A DNA stretch of 62,850 nucleotides, filler included, from Nitrospinae bacterium RIFCSPLOWO2_12_FULL_45_22 (GCA_001803565.1; 7 parts of 7 records of this genome joined end to end with filler, not necessarily neighbours in it), one strand, 5' to 3'; shown: positions 9,162 through 19,955, counted from the first letter of the whole stretch. A program made the numbers and translations. Notes: generated by a model from the letters alone, not told the origin.

Positions 9162-10472
9162 ATGATGACCCACCGAATCTATCCTACAAAGCCCTTAGAA
9201 TGTTGGCAAAAGGTCAAAGAATTAAGGCTGAATCATTATAAAGAAGTGATAACAGCTAGAGACCAAGGCAAAATTGTCGTACAGGGAGGAGCCAATGCCA
9301 TCTTATCTCTCATAGCTGGCCTGGGAGACTTTGTTTTTCTGGGTGGGGAGCCTTATGGGGCCAGTGTTGGATTTGATCCGGCGTTTAGTGAACAATGTGC
9401 CATGGCTACCGAAGCTAAAGGGTTTGCCCGGGATCTATGTGCCTACATGAGAAATTATCTGGGCTCTATGTTTCTTGATCGCTATTATTTTGGTGGTAAG
9501 TTTCCAAAGCCGGATTTTTGTATTTCGACCCACATATGCGATACTCACGCTAAGTGGTTCCAAATAGTTGGTGAGCACTTTGGCACGCCTCATATTGCAA
9601 TTGACTATCCGATAAGTACCACTTACCGCCGCAAAGAGCAAAAGATTGAGTATCTGGCCTCACAGATGCATGAGTGTATTGAAGAGATGGAGAAACTAAC
9701 AGGCTGTTATTATGATGATGAAAAATTGATAGAGGCCGCCCGGAATGAATTTAAAACCATGTCACTATGGGGTGAGATTTGTCTCTTAAACCAGTCTATA
9801 CCCGCACCACTCGATCAGAAATCAATGCTCAGCCTATATGTCTTACCGCTCCAGACCAGACATCAGAACGAGACAGTGCAATTCTATGAACTTCTGAGGG
9901 ACGAGGTAAAAGAAAGGGTGGAGAACCAGATAGCTGCTGTGGCTACAGAAAGGTTTCGCTATATAGATGACAGTCAACCACCCTGGTATTATTTAAAGAT
10001 CTTCCGCTATTTGGAGAGATATGGAGCCGTTTCCGTAGGTTCCTACTATTCCTTTCTCCTTATGGGCATGATGGAAGAAAAGGGTGGGACCTGGGTAGTA
10101 AAAAAGACCCCTGAGGAGAGTGGAATAGTATTTAAGAGTCGGGATGATGTATTGCGGGCATTGGCCCAATGGTACTTAGAGAGGTCGGTCTTGTGTATGC
10201 TCCTCAATCCTCATGAGAAGAGCACCCAGATGATAAGTATGGTGCAGCAGTGGCATGCCAAGGCAGTGATCATGCACCTCAATCGGGGTTGTGAAGGAAC
10301 CGCTATGGGTCAACTGGAAAATAGACTGGCCTTGATAAAGGCAGGGATACCGGTCTTAACCTTCGAGTCAAATATGGCAGATCGGAGGGAATTTGATGAA
10401 ACCCAGATTTTGGATCGGTTAGATGCCTTTATGCAAAGCCAGGGCTTAAGAAAATTGGATGATCTAGGCTAG
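9162..10472 (+). CDS. bzdO: Bzd-type benzoyl-CoA reductase subunit O-like protein
   Basis: YPTKPLECWQKVKELR, GEPYGAS, ARDLCAYMRNY, ICDTHAKW, PAPLDQKSM, DDSQPPW and HLNRGCEG are characteristic of BzdO. Confidence 0.75.
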   Translation: MMTHRIYPTKPLECWQKVKELRLNHYKEVITARDQGKIVVQGGANAILSLIAGLGDFVFLGGEPYGASVGFDPAFSEQCAMATEAKGFARDLCAYMRNYLGSMFLDRYYFGGKFPKPDFCISTHICDTHAKWFQIVGEHFGTPHIAIDYPISTTYRRKEQKIEYLASQMHECIEEMEKLTGCYYDDEKLIEAARNEFKTMSLWGEICLLNQSIPAPLDQKSMLSLYVLPLQTRHQNETVQFYELLRDEVKERVENQIAAVATERFRYIDDSQPPWYYLKIFRYLERYGAVSVGSYYSFLLMGMMEEKGGTWVVKKTPEESGIVFKSRDDVLRALAQWYLERSVLCMLLNPHEKSTQMISMVQQWHAKAVIMHLNRGCEGTAMGQLENRLALIKAGIPVLTFESNMADRREFDETQILDRLDAFMQSQGLRKLDDLG

Positions 10473-10728
10473 TCCTTCTACTTAACTCAAGCCGAGCATT
10501 TGCAGGAAAGACTCTACTTGATCTCTTACCTGATGTATATAGTCTGGCAAATGCAAATCACCTGCCTTCCTGTCAACTCTAGCAGAGCAATAGCAAATAC
10601 AAAACCCTAGCGCCGCTTTCGATTATCCCGTCGTTTTTGATCATGTAAGGTGAGGGGTTCCCAGAGTAGACCTCACAAAAATAGCCATTCGCAAAAATAA
10701 ATCGCTATTTTGCTGGATATGGCTTTGC

Positions 10729-10757
10729 TTGACTAAATCCGGCAGCTAACCTATACT
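10729..10757 (+). promoter_or_regulatory. Sigma70 promoter for the mazG-cinA operon
   Basis: TTGACT-N17-TATACT about 40 nt upstream of the mazG start. Confidence 0.7.
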
Positions 10758-10795
10758 GGGGAAAAAATAAAGCCAGATAAAGGAGCAATATTATT

Positions 10796-11572
10796 ATGAT
10801 ACAGGAACCGGGGGCATTTGTTCGGTTATTAGCTATAATGGATCAGTTGAGACAAGAAGGGGGCTGCCCCTGGGATAGGGAGCAGACCCGCCATTCTCTG
10901 AAACCTTTCTTGATCGAAGAGGCCTATGAGGTAATCGAAGCCATCGAAACCGGCGAGCCAGATAAGATCAAGGAGGAGCTGGGGGACCTCCTCTTCCAGA
11001 TAATCTTCCATGCCAAAATCTCTGAAGAACGAGGAGAATTCAGTATAGAGGATATTATTAAGACTACAGCGGAAAAGATGATCAAACGCCACCCCCATGT
11101 CTTTGCTCAGAAAAAGCTCCAGAATGCCCAGGAAGTCCTTATACAGTGGGAGGGAATTAAGCAGGCGGAAAATAAGCGCTCTATTCTGGAAGGTGTACCG
11201 GCTCAGTTACCCAGCCTCTTACGCGCCCATCGCTTACAAGACCGGGCAGCCCGCGTGGGCTTTGACTGGGAAAATACCGGGCAGGTACTAGAGAAAGTGG
11301 AGGAGGAGTGGAGAGAATTTGGTGCGGCCCTATCTGAAGGCGATCAGGTTCAGATGGAAAAAGAGTTCGGGGACTTGCTGTTCTCGCTGGTCAACCTGGC
11401 CCGCTTTGTCCACATTAATCCTGAGGATGCCCTAAGGAGGACTATTAAGGAGTTCATCCGCCGCTTCCAGCACATAGAAAAGGGGTTGGAGCGAGAAGGT
11501 AAGGCCCTTAATGAAGTGTCACTGGCTGAAATGGATACCCTATGGGAAGAGGCCAAAAAAGAGGAGAAGTAG
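10796..11572 (+). CDS. mazG: Nucleoside triphosphate pyrophosphohydrolase MazG
   Basis: GCPWDREQT, EEAYEV, EELGDLLFQ, RHPHVF and EFGDLLF. Confidence 0.95.
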   Translation: MIQEPGAFVRLLAIMDQLRQEGGCPWDREQTRHSLKPFLIEEAYEVIEAIETGEPDKIKEELGDLLFQIIFHAKISEERGEFSIEDIIKTTAEKMIKRHPHVFAQKKLQNAQEVLIQWEGIKQAENKRSILEGVPAQLPSLLRAHRLQDRAARVGFDWENTGQVLEKVEEEWREFGAALSEGDQVQMEKEFGDLLFSLVNLARFVHINPEDALRRTIKEFIRRFQHIEKGLEREGKALNEVSLAEMDTLWEEAKKEEK

Positions 11573-11573
11573 T

Positions 11574-12836
11574 ATGAAGGCTGAGATAGTAATGATCGGT
11601 TCAGAGTTGCTCCTGGGCCAGATTGTGGATACCAATGCCACTTACCTGGCCCAACAATTAAATAATATTGGTATCAGCTTATACTATAAGACTACCGTGG
11701 GTGATAACCCCGGCCGTATGGAAGAGGTCTTAAACCAGGCCCTAACCCGCTCGGATATGGTTATTGCTTCAGGTGGACTGGGGCCGACCGATGATGATCT
11801 TACCCGGGAAGTAGCGGCTAAAGTAACCGGCCGGGAGCTAGAATTTAAGCAGGAACTGATGGACTATATTGAAGCGCTTTTTAAGAAGGTGGGGATGAGG
11901 ATGTCTCCCAGTAATCGCCGCCAGGCTTATGTCCCTAAAGGCTCAAGAGTAATCCCTAACCCCCGCGGCACGGCCCCCGGTTTTATTGTAGAAGACCCCA
12001 GAGGGCTGCTGATAGCTATTCCCGGTGTACCAGCCGAGGTAAAATTCCTGATGGAAAATTCGGTAATACCTTTTCTTCGGGAAAAGTTTGGCCTGGGCCA
12101 GAGCATAATCAAGTCCCGGGTGCTGAAGATCTGTGGCATTAGCGAGTCTGCCCTGGGGGAGACCATAAAAGATTTACTCACCACCAGCCAAAACCCTACC
12201 CTGGGTATCCTGGCCAAACAAGGAGATATGGAGGTACGGGTGACCGCCAGGGCCAGTAGCGAGCCAGAAGCTGATTCCCTCATTGCCGTTATGGAGGCCG
12301 AAATAAGACGTCGCTTAGGAAATATTATTTATGGCGCAGATGAAGATACCCTGGAAGGAATCGTTTGTTCACTCTTACAAGAGATGGGTTTAAGATTGTC
12401 GGTGCTGGAGACCAATACTGGTGGCCTGGTAGCCCAGCGACTGGTTAGTATTGCCCCGCAGGTATTAAAAGAAGGGTTTGTAGCTATCAGTGATGAGGCC
12501 AAGAGACGCCTGGCCTCGACGGCTGAACTGGAAGCCGATAGTCCCTCCCTGGCTAACTTGCTGGCAGAAAGTATCAGGCGGGTTAGCGGCTCAGACCTGG
12601 GCCTGGCCATAGTGAGCAAGACCCCGCTAAGCCCGATAGGAGAGAAAGCCCGCCAGGAGATAGACTATGGCCGGACTTATTTTGCCTTTGCCTCTAATCA
12701 AGGGATAACCAACTTTGAATATGGCTTTGGGGGCTGGAGTAAGGATAGTCAGCCCCGGACGGCTACAGTAGCCCTGGAGATGGTGCGCCGTAACCTCAAG
12801 GGTATGAAGATGGAATTTGTCACGAAAGAGAAATAA
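11574..12836 (+). CDS. cinA: CinA-family protein (molybdopterin-binding-like domain + PncC-like domain)
   Basis: IGSELLLGQIVDTN, VGDN, SGGLGPTDDDLT, GTAPG and PGVPAE; true start MKAEIV at 11574. Confidence 0.9.
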   Translation: MKAEIVMIGSELLLGQIVDTNATYLAQQLNNIGISLYYKTTVGDNPGRMEEVLNQALTRSDMVIASGGLGPTDDDLTREVAAKVTGRELEFKQELMDYIEALFKKVGMRMSPSNRRQAYVPKGSRVIPNPRGTAPGFIVEDPRGLLIAIPGVPAEVKFLMENSVIPFLREKFGLGQSIIKSRVLKICGISESALGETIKDLLTTSQNPTLGILAKQGDMEVRVTARASSEPEADSLIAVMEAEIRRRLGNIIYGADEDTLEGIVCSLLQEMGLRLSVLETNTGGLVAQRLVSIAPQVLKEGFVAISDEAKRRLASTAELEADSPSLANLLAESIRRVSGSDLGLAIVSKTPLSPIGEKARQEIDYGRTYFAFASNQGITNFEYGFGGWSKDSQPRTATVALEMVRRNLKGMKMEFVTKEK

Positions 12837-12903
12837 AATGGTGACAGCTCACGGGGTTCGGTTAACAGGGCGCAGAAAAAGGGTTTAAATAAGGAGATAA
12901 GAC

Positions 12904-13911
12904 ATGAAAGATAGAGCCGAAGGAGCGCAAGAGTTACAAAGGATCATGGAGATAGCCCATGCCTACTGGGCATCTTCTTGCCTGCTGGCAGGCAATGAAT
13001 TGGGCATCTTCAAGGTATTGAGTCCGGGGCCTAAAGATGCCAGGGAGATAGCGCAGGCTATTGAGGGCGATTTGCGGGCTACTACTATCTTGCTCAATGC
13101 CCTGGCTGCCCTGGAATTTTTGCAGAAAAAAGGAGAACAATACCAGAATATGCCTGCCACCGAACAGCACCTGGTAGAAGGTAAGCCAGCGGCCATCACT
13201 AATATGCTCCATCATAGTTATGATATGTGGGGTGCCTGGGGTAGCCTGGCCAGCGTAGTACGACAGGGCTCTCCGAAGATCAATTGGGAGGATAACTTCT
13301 TAAGGCAAAAACCTGAGCGAGTAAGCCACTTCATCCGGGCTATGGATGAGATAGGGGCTGCCAGCGCTGCGGAGCTGGCCAGGCGGCTGGACCTGAGCCG
13401 GGTAAAGAGGGTATTGGACACGGCGGGTGGGCCCGGGAGTTATGCCTATGCTATGATCCGGATAAACCCCAATATTAAGGCCACTATCTTTGACCTGCCT
13501 CTGACCCTGCAGGTGACCCAGGAATATGTGGCAAAGAATAAAATGCCCGATAATATAGAGCTAAAAGAAGGCGATCTTTTGAAAGACCCATTAGGCGAAG
13601 GGTATGACCTGGTCCTCTTTTCCCATATCTTCCATGCCTATTCACCAGACGAAAACCGGGAGTTTCTCCGCAAAGGCTATAAGGCCCTGAATCCCGGTGG
13701 TCAATTGGTAGTCCACGATTTTCCGGTAGATGAGACTAAGACCTCACCCCCACAAGCTGCCCTCTTCTCGGTTAATATGCTGGTCAATACCCAGGCGGGC
13801 GCGGCATATTCAGTGAATGAATTCATTCAGTGGATGACGGATGTGGGCCTGCGGGATATCAAGACCGAGGATATCCTGGGCCGCTCCAATGCCTTTATTG
13901 GCTACAAATGA
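12904..13911 (+). CDS. SAM-dependent O-methyltransferase with dimerisation domain
   Basis: VLDTAGGPG, TIFDLP, GDLL..YDLVLFSHIFH and LNPGGQLVVHD. Confidence 0.88.
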   Translation: MKDRAEGAQELQRIMEIAHAYWASSCLLAGNELGIFKVLSPGPKDAREIAQAIEGDLRATTILLNALAALEFLQKKGEQYQNMPATEQHLVEGKPAAITNMLHHSYDMWGAWGSLASVVRQGSPKINWEDNFLRQKPERVSHFIRAMDEIGAASAAELARRLDLSRVKRVLDTAGGPGSYAYAMIRINPNIKATIFDLPLTLQVTQEYVAKNKMPDNIELKEGDLLKDPLGEGYDLVLFSHIFHAYSPDENREFLRKGYKALNPGGQLVVHDFPVDETKTSPPQAALFSVNMLVNTQAGAAYSVNEFIQWMTDVGLRDIKTEDILGRSNAFIGYK

Positions 13912-14423
13912 AGCTAAAGTTGGATCTGCATACCCACTGCTACGAAGCCCTGGGGTTCCCTGAACCAAGTATCGAGACGGTGGGAGTTATTATAGATGCC
14001 GCCAGGAGAAAAGGGCTGGATGGGTTAGCTATTACTGAGCATTACAGCAAACGCTATGGCCTTCTGAGTAAAGAGATTGCCCAAAAATATTTCGGTGATG
14101 AAATAATTATTATACCGGGCCAGGAGATCCGGGTCTACACTCAGGAGGTAGTAGAATTATATATGGATGAGGGGAGGGTGTTTAGATTCCTGGTCCACCC
14201 CTCTAACCTTTATGCGTTTGAGAGGCATGAATACAACATCCAGGGTATTGAAATAGATAACCATCTGCATAATGGCTATATTTATAAAGAAGGGGTACGG
14301 CAGTTAGCCGCCCAGCGCGGCCTCTTACTCCTGAGAAATAGCGATGCCCATAACTTAGAAGCCCTGGGCAGTTTTTACAACCTCCTCTCTTTAGAAGAGA
14401 TTAATACTCCGACCGAGTACTAA
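13908..14423 (+). CDS. PHP-domain metal-dependent phosphoesterase
   Basis: LDLHTH, GLDGLAITEH, IIPGQE, HP and NSDAH; ATGA overlap with the upstream stop. Confidence 0.85.
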   Translation: MKLKLDLHTHCYEALGFPEPSIETVGVIIDAARRKGLDGLAITEHYSKRYGLLSKEIAQKYFGDEIIIIPGQEIRVYTQEVVELYMDEGRVFRFLVHPSNLYAFERHEYNIQGIEIDNHLHNGYIYKEGVRQLAAQRGLLLLRNSDAHNLEALGSFYNLLSLEEINTPTEY

Positions 14424-14572
14424 GTGGCCCCAGGCTAAATAACACCTCCTTCCTTTAAGGTGTTACCCTTACNNNNNNNNNNNNNNNNNNNNNNNNNNNN
14501 NNNNNNNNNNNNNNNNTTAATTAATTAANNNNNNNNNNNNNNNNNNNNNNNNNNNNNNNNNNNNNNNNNNNN

Positions 14573-15670
14573 TTGCCGGGCGGTCTTTTCCCAGGAGAAG
14601 AAGGCTGTCCGTTCCAGGCCCGAATTCTTCAGCCGATTTTTTAATTCCGTATCGGTCAATACTTTATGGATAGCCCAGGCTATTTCTTCACCATTTAATG
14701 GGTCTATAAGTAAAGCGGCTTTACCAGCAACTTCAGGCATGGAAGAAACGTTTGAAGTTATTACTGGGGTACCGCAACTCATGGCTTCTAAGATAGGCAA
14801 GCCAAAGCCTTCATAGAGGGAGGGATAGGCCAATAGTTCGGCTCCATTATAGAGCAGTACCAGGTCTTCTTCAGGGACATATTCGGTAAAAATGATGTCT
14901 TCTTGCAGGCCATACTTATTCAGCATTTCGAAAATCTCTTTATAAAGCCAGCCCTTTTTTCCCACATTGACTAATTGGTAGGAGTTATTGGTTTTTTCTT
15001 TAACCAAGCTAAAGGCATTAAACAATCGGGGGAGGTTTTTTCTCGGCTCGATATTACCCACCTGGAGAATATAATCTTTTTTAATCCCGTATTTTTCTTT
15101 AACTGATTTTATCAGGTTTCTATTATTTACTACACGATAACTTGGACTTACCCCCAAAGGGACTACATGGATTTTTTCTTCCGGTACCTTCAATCGGTCC
15201 ATTAATTCATTTTTTACTGAATAAGAATCCACAAGGACTTTATCTGCCCGCAGGGTAGCTGCCCTTATGAGCATCCTCATATAATATTTGTATTTTATGG
15301 GAATAGTATGGGGATAGGAGTAAGCTACTAAATCGTGAACAGTTACTACCGCGGCCCTATGCCGGTAGAGGGAGGGAATAAGGAAGGCCGGCCCATGGAA
15401 GATATCTATCTGGTTCCAGAAGAGACGAAGGGGGAGGAAGAAATTTTCCCACAAGTCGCCCAAAACATGGTTTTCATTAGAGAACCAGGTAGCCAAAAAT
15501 CGGCAATTTTGAGCAAACTCACCCAGCACCTCTTCTTCTTGGTTATTAGTTATCAGGAAATAAGAATTTTTTTTATCAATCTTTCCTAGGGCTTCAACTA
15601 GATATCTTACATAAAAACCTACTCCGGATTGCTTATTATTAATTGTCCTAACGTCAATAGCTATATTCAT
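14573..15670 (-). CDS. Glycosyltransferase family 4, 3'-truncated
   Basis: IAIDVR..SGVGFY, VGNIEPRKN and PSLYEGFGLPILEAMSCGTPV. Confidence 0.92.
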
Positions 15671-17184
15671 AATGGCGTGTCCGTGTCTGTGAACCGTGAC
15701 CGGAAGTTTTGTTCCAGTCCGTTGGTAGTCACGGACACGGGACACGAATCACGGTCACGACCTAGAAGGCTTTTTAATATATCTATTTCCCTGGTAGTTA
15801 TACCCCCTAGCAGATATGTAACTATAATATAGGGTAAAGGCAGAGAGAAAAGGAAGGGGAGGGAATTTTGGGGTAAAAATATTAGATATGGTATTAAAGC
15901 TAAGGAAGCTAAAAGGGGTATGGAGGCAGCTTTGGAGGCAGAAAGGGCATAGGTACGGGTCTTGGGGATACTGAGGGCATAGAGGAATATAATCATCTGA
16001 CTAATCATAGCAGCCACCCCGGCCCCGATAAATCCTAGCGGAGGTATTAAGGCTATATTAAGAGCAACATTGAAAAAGGCAGCCAGCAATGTGGCATAAA
16101 GATAATACTTTTGGAGATTGGCGGATACCAGGATATAGTTATAAATCATATTAAAAAAGATAAAGACTATGGCCCCCATCAGATACGGAAGGACAATGCT
16201 GGAAGGCAAATATGCCCTTCCAAATATCAAAGATATTATCTCTTGTCTATAGAAGATCATTATGGTTGTGAGGGGCAAGATAAAGCTAAAGAGATACTTA
16301 AAAGTAGCTTCATAGACTTCTTGCATCTTATCGGGTGCGTGAGGATAATAGCTGGTCATCAGAGGATAAACCGTTATCAGCATAGTAATGGGGAAGATAC
16401 TCAAGATTTCTACCAGGCGAACCGCGGCAGAGTAATACCCTACCTCCAGATCACTGCTCAGTTGGGAGAGGATCAGGATATCTATCCGGCCTAAGATAAG
16501 GCCAATGAAAAGGGTTAAGGCCAGGGGCAGGGAATATTTCATTACTCCCCGACAAAGAGACGGGTCCAGCTTAAACCTGGGTCTTAAAATTCTATACGAC
16601 AAAACGATCAGCCATAAAGAACCCGGTAGTGGTGTTATTATCCGGGCTATGATAATACCCGCTAAGCCTTTATCAAACCAGATAGTTAAGATAATACCAG
16701 CCAGGAACAGGACCTCTGATGAGATCTTTAAAAGCATGGGGGAAAACATCCTTAAATTCATCTGAAAAGGAATATCAAAAATAGTGCGGAAAGAATTGTA
16801 CCGATAAGAAAAGAGGATGGTAAAAGAGGCCAGATAGACCAAGGTTTTTAGTTGGGGCGGATAGTTGAGTATATGGATCAGGATACAGGCGGAAAACAGG
16901 CCCAGGAGAGATAGACACAACCGGAGAAAGATGGTATTACCCAGCAGGATGTTGGCTGGGGTATTGCCCCGAGATATCTCCCTTATGGCTATACTATCAA
17001 TACCGAAATCTCCCAGCAGACAGAAAAAAGCCAGGTAGGCAAAGATAAAGGAATATTGACCAAACTTCTCTACGCCCAAGTATCTAGTAATTATAAAGAA
17101 GGATATAATAACTAATAGTCGGCTGATAGATTCTCCTAAGAGAACCAGGCCAGAATTTTTTACCGCCCTACCCACTAGTTCCAT
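15667..17184 (-). CDS. Wzx-type polysaccharide flippase
   Basis: RYLGVEKFGQYS, DFGI..IREIS, VGYYSAA and LNIALIPPLGFIGAGVA; many TM helices. Confidence 0.88.
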   Translation of the reverse strand: MELVGRAVKNSGLVLLGESISRLLVIISFFIITRYLGVEKFGQYSFIFAYLAFFCLLGDFGIDSIAIREISRGNTPANILLGNTIFLRLCLSLLGLFSACILIHILNYPPQLKTLVYLASFTILFSYRYNSFRTIFDIPFQMNLRMFSPMLLKISSEVLFLAGIILTIWFDKGLAGIIIARIITPLPGSLWLIVLSYRILRPRFKLDPSLCRGVMKYSLPLALTLFIGLILGRIDILILSQLSSDLEVGYYSAAVRLVEILSIFPITMLITVYPLMTSYYPHAPDKMQEVYEATFKYLFSFILPLTTIMIFYRQEIISLIFGRAYLPSSIVLPYLMGAIVFIFFNMIYNYILVSANLQKYYLYATLLAAFFNVALNIALIPPLGFIGAGVAAMISQMIIFLYALSIPKTRTYALSASKAASIPLLASLALIPYLIFLPQNSLPFLFSLPLPYIIVTYLLGGITTREIDILKSLLGRDRDSCPVSVTTNGLEQNFRSRFTDTDTPL

Positions 17185-17225
17185 AACTATAGCCAACGAC
17201 AATAATAAAGTATAATACCTAACAT

Positions 17226-17356
17226 AAATCCTAAATTCAAAATGCTAAATCCTAAACAAATTCAAATGACCTACATTCAAAACTATATGTTTTTAGGTGA
17301 TGTTTTGGACATTTGAATTTTGGATTTTGGTTATTGTTTAGGATTTCGGGTTTAGA
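17226..17356. repeat. Short-unit inverted-repeat element (AAATCCTAAA/TTTAGGATTT type)
   Basis: AAATCCTAAATTCAAAATGCTAAATCCTAAACAA on the left is mirrored by TTGTTTAGGATTTCGGGTTTAG on the right. Confidence 0.65.
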
Positions 17357-17386
17357 ATATTTGATTAAGGATTTGCATATGTCAAC

Positions 17387-18574
17387 TTATTTATAACTTT
17401 CACTATAAATTGCTAGATAAAGCTCCAGGGTTTTTTGGGCGGTTTTATCCCAGGAGAAGTGGGTAGCTTGCTTAAGGCCCTGCTGGATTAGGGTTTGCCT
17501 GAGCTCAGGCCCTATTAAGAGAGTTTTTATGCTATTCATCAGAGACTCTGTGCTGTAAGGATCAAAAAGTATGGCCGCTTCTCCCGCTATTTCTGCTATA
17601 CCTGGGGCATGGGAACAGACTACTGGCGTGCCGCAAGCCATTGCTTCCAATACCGGCAAGCCGAAGCCCTCATAGAGGCTGGTATACACAAAGAACTCTG
17701 CGGCACTAAAGAGGGCGGGCAAGTCCTCATCGGCTACATAACCTAATAATCTTATCTTGTGATCTATTCCCCGGTGGCGTATCTGGGCCGTTAATTGCGG
17801 GAATTGCGCGTCATTTTCTATCTCGCCGGCGCAAACCAGGCAATAATTGGACCATTCAGGTTCTTTAATTAATTCAGCAAAGGCTTGAATCAGCCGATCT
17901 ACATTCTTTCTTTCATCAATACCACCCAGGTATAAGAAGTATCTCCCCTCTATGCCATACCTTGCCCTCACAGCACAAATAGTCGCCGGGTCTTTTACTG
18001 GCCTAAAACAGGTGTCTATTCCGGGATAGATGACCACTATTTTGTCTGGGTCTATCTTTAGAAATTGTACCAGGTCTCTCCTGGTCTGCTGCGAGATAGC
18101 GATGATCTTTTTGGCATTCCTGATTGCCCTGGCCTCCAGGAATCTTCCGGCCGTAAATCTCATACTAGAATTTTTTCTATTATATAAATCCTGTAGTACG
18201 ATAGGGATTATATCCATTACGGTCACCAGGGTCTTTTTGGGAGAAAAGGATGGGGCGTCTAAATGGGAACAAAAATGGATAAAATCGAGCTCTAGCTTAG
18301 CCAGGAAAATGGGTAGCAATATATGCTGTCCAAAAGTCCTCTGCCAATAGGGAGCTTTTATGGGCCAATGAGTATTAATCTCAATGTAGGAAAATTTATC
18401 GGGATCGCTCTCAATAGAAGGGAGTTCCCCTTGTTCGACCAGGAAAAGATATTGATCTCTTTGATCTAACTCTAATAGACTCTTGATCAGCATGGAGGTA
18501 TAACGCCCTATCCCGCGGGCCTTATGCGCACGGAATCCCTTCTGTAAAGCCCTTATATCTATCCCTATCCGCAT
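17387..18574 (-). CDS. Glycosyltransferase family 4
   Basis: RIGIDIR..RGIGRY, YLGGIDERKN and SLYEGFGLPVLEAMACGTP. Confidence 0.92.
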   Translation of the reverse strand: MRIGIDIRALQKGFRAHKARGIGRYTSMLIKSLLELDQRDQYLFLVEQGELPSIESDPDKFSYIEINTHWPIKAPYWQRTFGQHILLPIFLAKLELDFIHFCSHLDAPSFSPKKTLVTVMDIIPIVLQDLYNRKNSSMRFTAGRFLEARAIRNAKKIIAISQQTRRDLVQFLKIDPDKIVVIYPGIDTCFRPVKDPATICAVRARYGIEGRYFLYLGGIDERKNVDRLIQAFAELIKEPEWSNYCLVCAGEIENDAQFPQLTAQIRHRGIDHKIRLLGYVADEDLPALFSAAEFFVYTSLYEGFGLPVLEAMACGTPVVCSHAPGIAEIAGEAAILFDPYSTESLMNSIKTLLIGPELRQTLIQQGLKQATHFSWDKTAQKTLELYLAIYSESYK

Positions 18575-18646
18575 AGCAATAGGTGATTGGTGAATGGTTA
18601 ATTAGTGATTGGTAATTTACTCACCAATCACTACTCAGCATTCCCA

Positions 18647-19516
18647 TTAAAGGTATAGGATCAGGACTACCGCTAATAACCATAACCCTACATTGATCAA
18701 CAAGGGCTGATCCGTAAGAAGCATCCTGGCGGGATTGCCGCCCTGTTCTCTTTTGTGTACCAGGTATAAGTAACGAAATATACCGTAGAGGACAAAGGGA
18801 ATAGTTAAATTGAGATGGGAAGTCTGGAGCTTGGCCTCTACTTCTGGGGCCATAGTATATAGGGCATAAGCCACTACAGTAGAGGCAGTAACTATAGAGA
18901 TCATCTGATCCAGGAGGTAAGGGTCATATTCATCTAAGGTACGGCGGTGATGAGAAGCTGCGTCTTCCAGGAGGACTAGCTCATGCCTCCTCTTACCAAG
19001 GGCAAGGAGTAGGGCTAAAAGGATAGTACAGACGATTAGCCAGGCAGATATTTCTACATCTATCAGATAGCCACCAGCTAATGCCCGCAAGACAAACCCT
19101 AAGGCTACTACCATAACATCAATGATCACGATATGCTTCAAGAAACGGGAGTATGCCAGGTTCAAACCCATATAGACTAAGGCAATAAGGCCGAATGAGG
19201 CATTTAACCAGAAAACAAGGATTAAGGTCATAATAGAAATACTGATAGCTGCGGCGGTAGCGATCTGGGGTGAGAGCTGACCAGAGGCTATGGGGCGGTT
19301 CTTCTTCAAAGGGTGTTTCCGGTCTTCTTCTAAATCTAATAGGTCATTTATCAAATATACCCCACCACAGAGGAGGCAGAACAGAGAAAAACCTGCCAGG
19401 GTCTTAAGGAACATAGGCAGGTCAAACATGGTCTGTGAGAAGAGCAGCGGGGCGAAGATAATCAAGTTCTTAATCCATTGGTGCGGTCTTACCGCGATAA
19501 ATAACGCAGAAACCAT
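18647..19516 (-). CDS. Decaprenyl-phosphate phosphoribosyltransferase-like UbiA prenyltransferase
   Basis: RPHQWIKN, YLINDLLDLEEDRKHPLKKNRPIASG, LGFVLRA, KRRHE and YGIFRYLY. Confidence 0.88.
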   Translation of the reverse strand: MVSALFIAVRPHQWIKNLIIFAPLLFSQTMFDLPMFLKTLAGFSLFCLLCGGVYLINDLLDLEEDRKHPLKKNRPIASGQLSPQIATAAAISISIMTLILVFWLNASFGLIALVYMGLNLAYSRFLKHIVIIDVMVVALGFVLRALAGGYLIDVEISAWLIVCTILLALLLALGKRRHELVLLEDAASHHRRTLDEYDPYLLDQMISIVTASTVVAYALYTMAPEVEAKLQTSHLNLTIPFVLYGIFRYLYLVHKREQGGNPARMLLTDQPLLINVGLWLLAVVLILYL

Positions 19517-19635
19517 TGATCCACTCCTTTTAGCCCATATTTAGCCGCTGTAATGTAAACTGGCCATGCTCAGCCAGATACATGCGAGTCTTTGAAAGCA
19601 CCACCGGATTCTACCGCATCACCGCCGAGAGGATA

Positions 19636-19955
19636 TCAGTATCCACTACCACTTTTCCTCCTAACTCTATAATTTATCCATTCAGTCTCATCCGGGTCAT
19701 ATGCTGTAATAATGACAACTGACGGAGGTAGTGCAATTTGAACATGAAGATTCCTGCCAGATTTAGTCTTTCCATATAATGAGACAACTTGGAGAATATT
19801 TGTCATCGGGATATTCTTCAATAATCTCTCCAGATGACACTGTTTCCTCAATTTCAATTCGATCAATAGACCGTTTGATCATTCTTTTCACAGCATGATC
19901 AGAAAAGCAATATTTCTCCTCTGCCTATTTTAACTCTAATTCCCTCTATTTCCAT
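19636..19955 (-). pseudogene. DUF4258-family small gene with two frameshifts
   Basis: Joining frames gives MEIEGIRVKI / EKYCFSDHAVKRMIKRSIDRIEIEETVSSGEIIEEYPDDKYSPSCL / YGKTKSGRNLHVQIALPPSVVIITAYDPDETEW. Confidence 0.75.
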
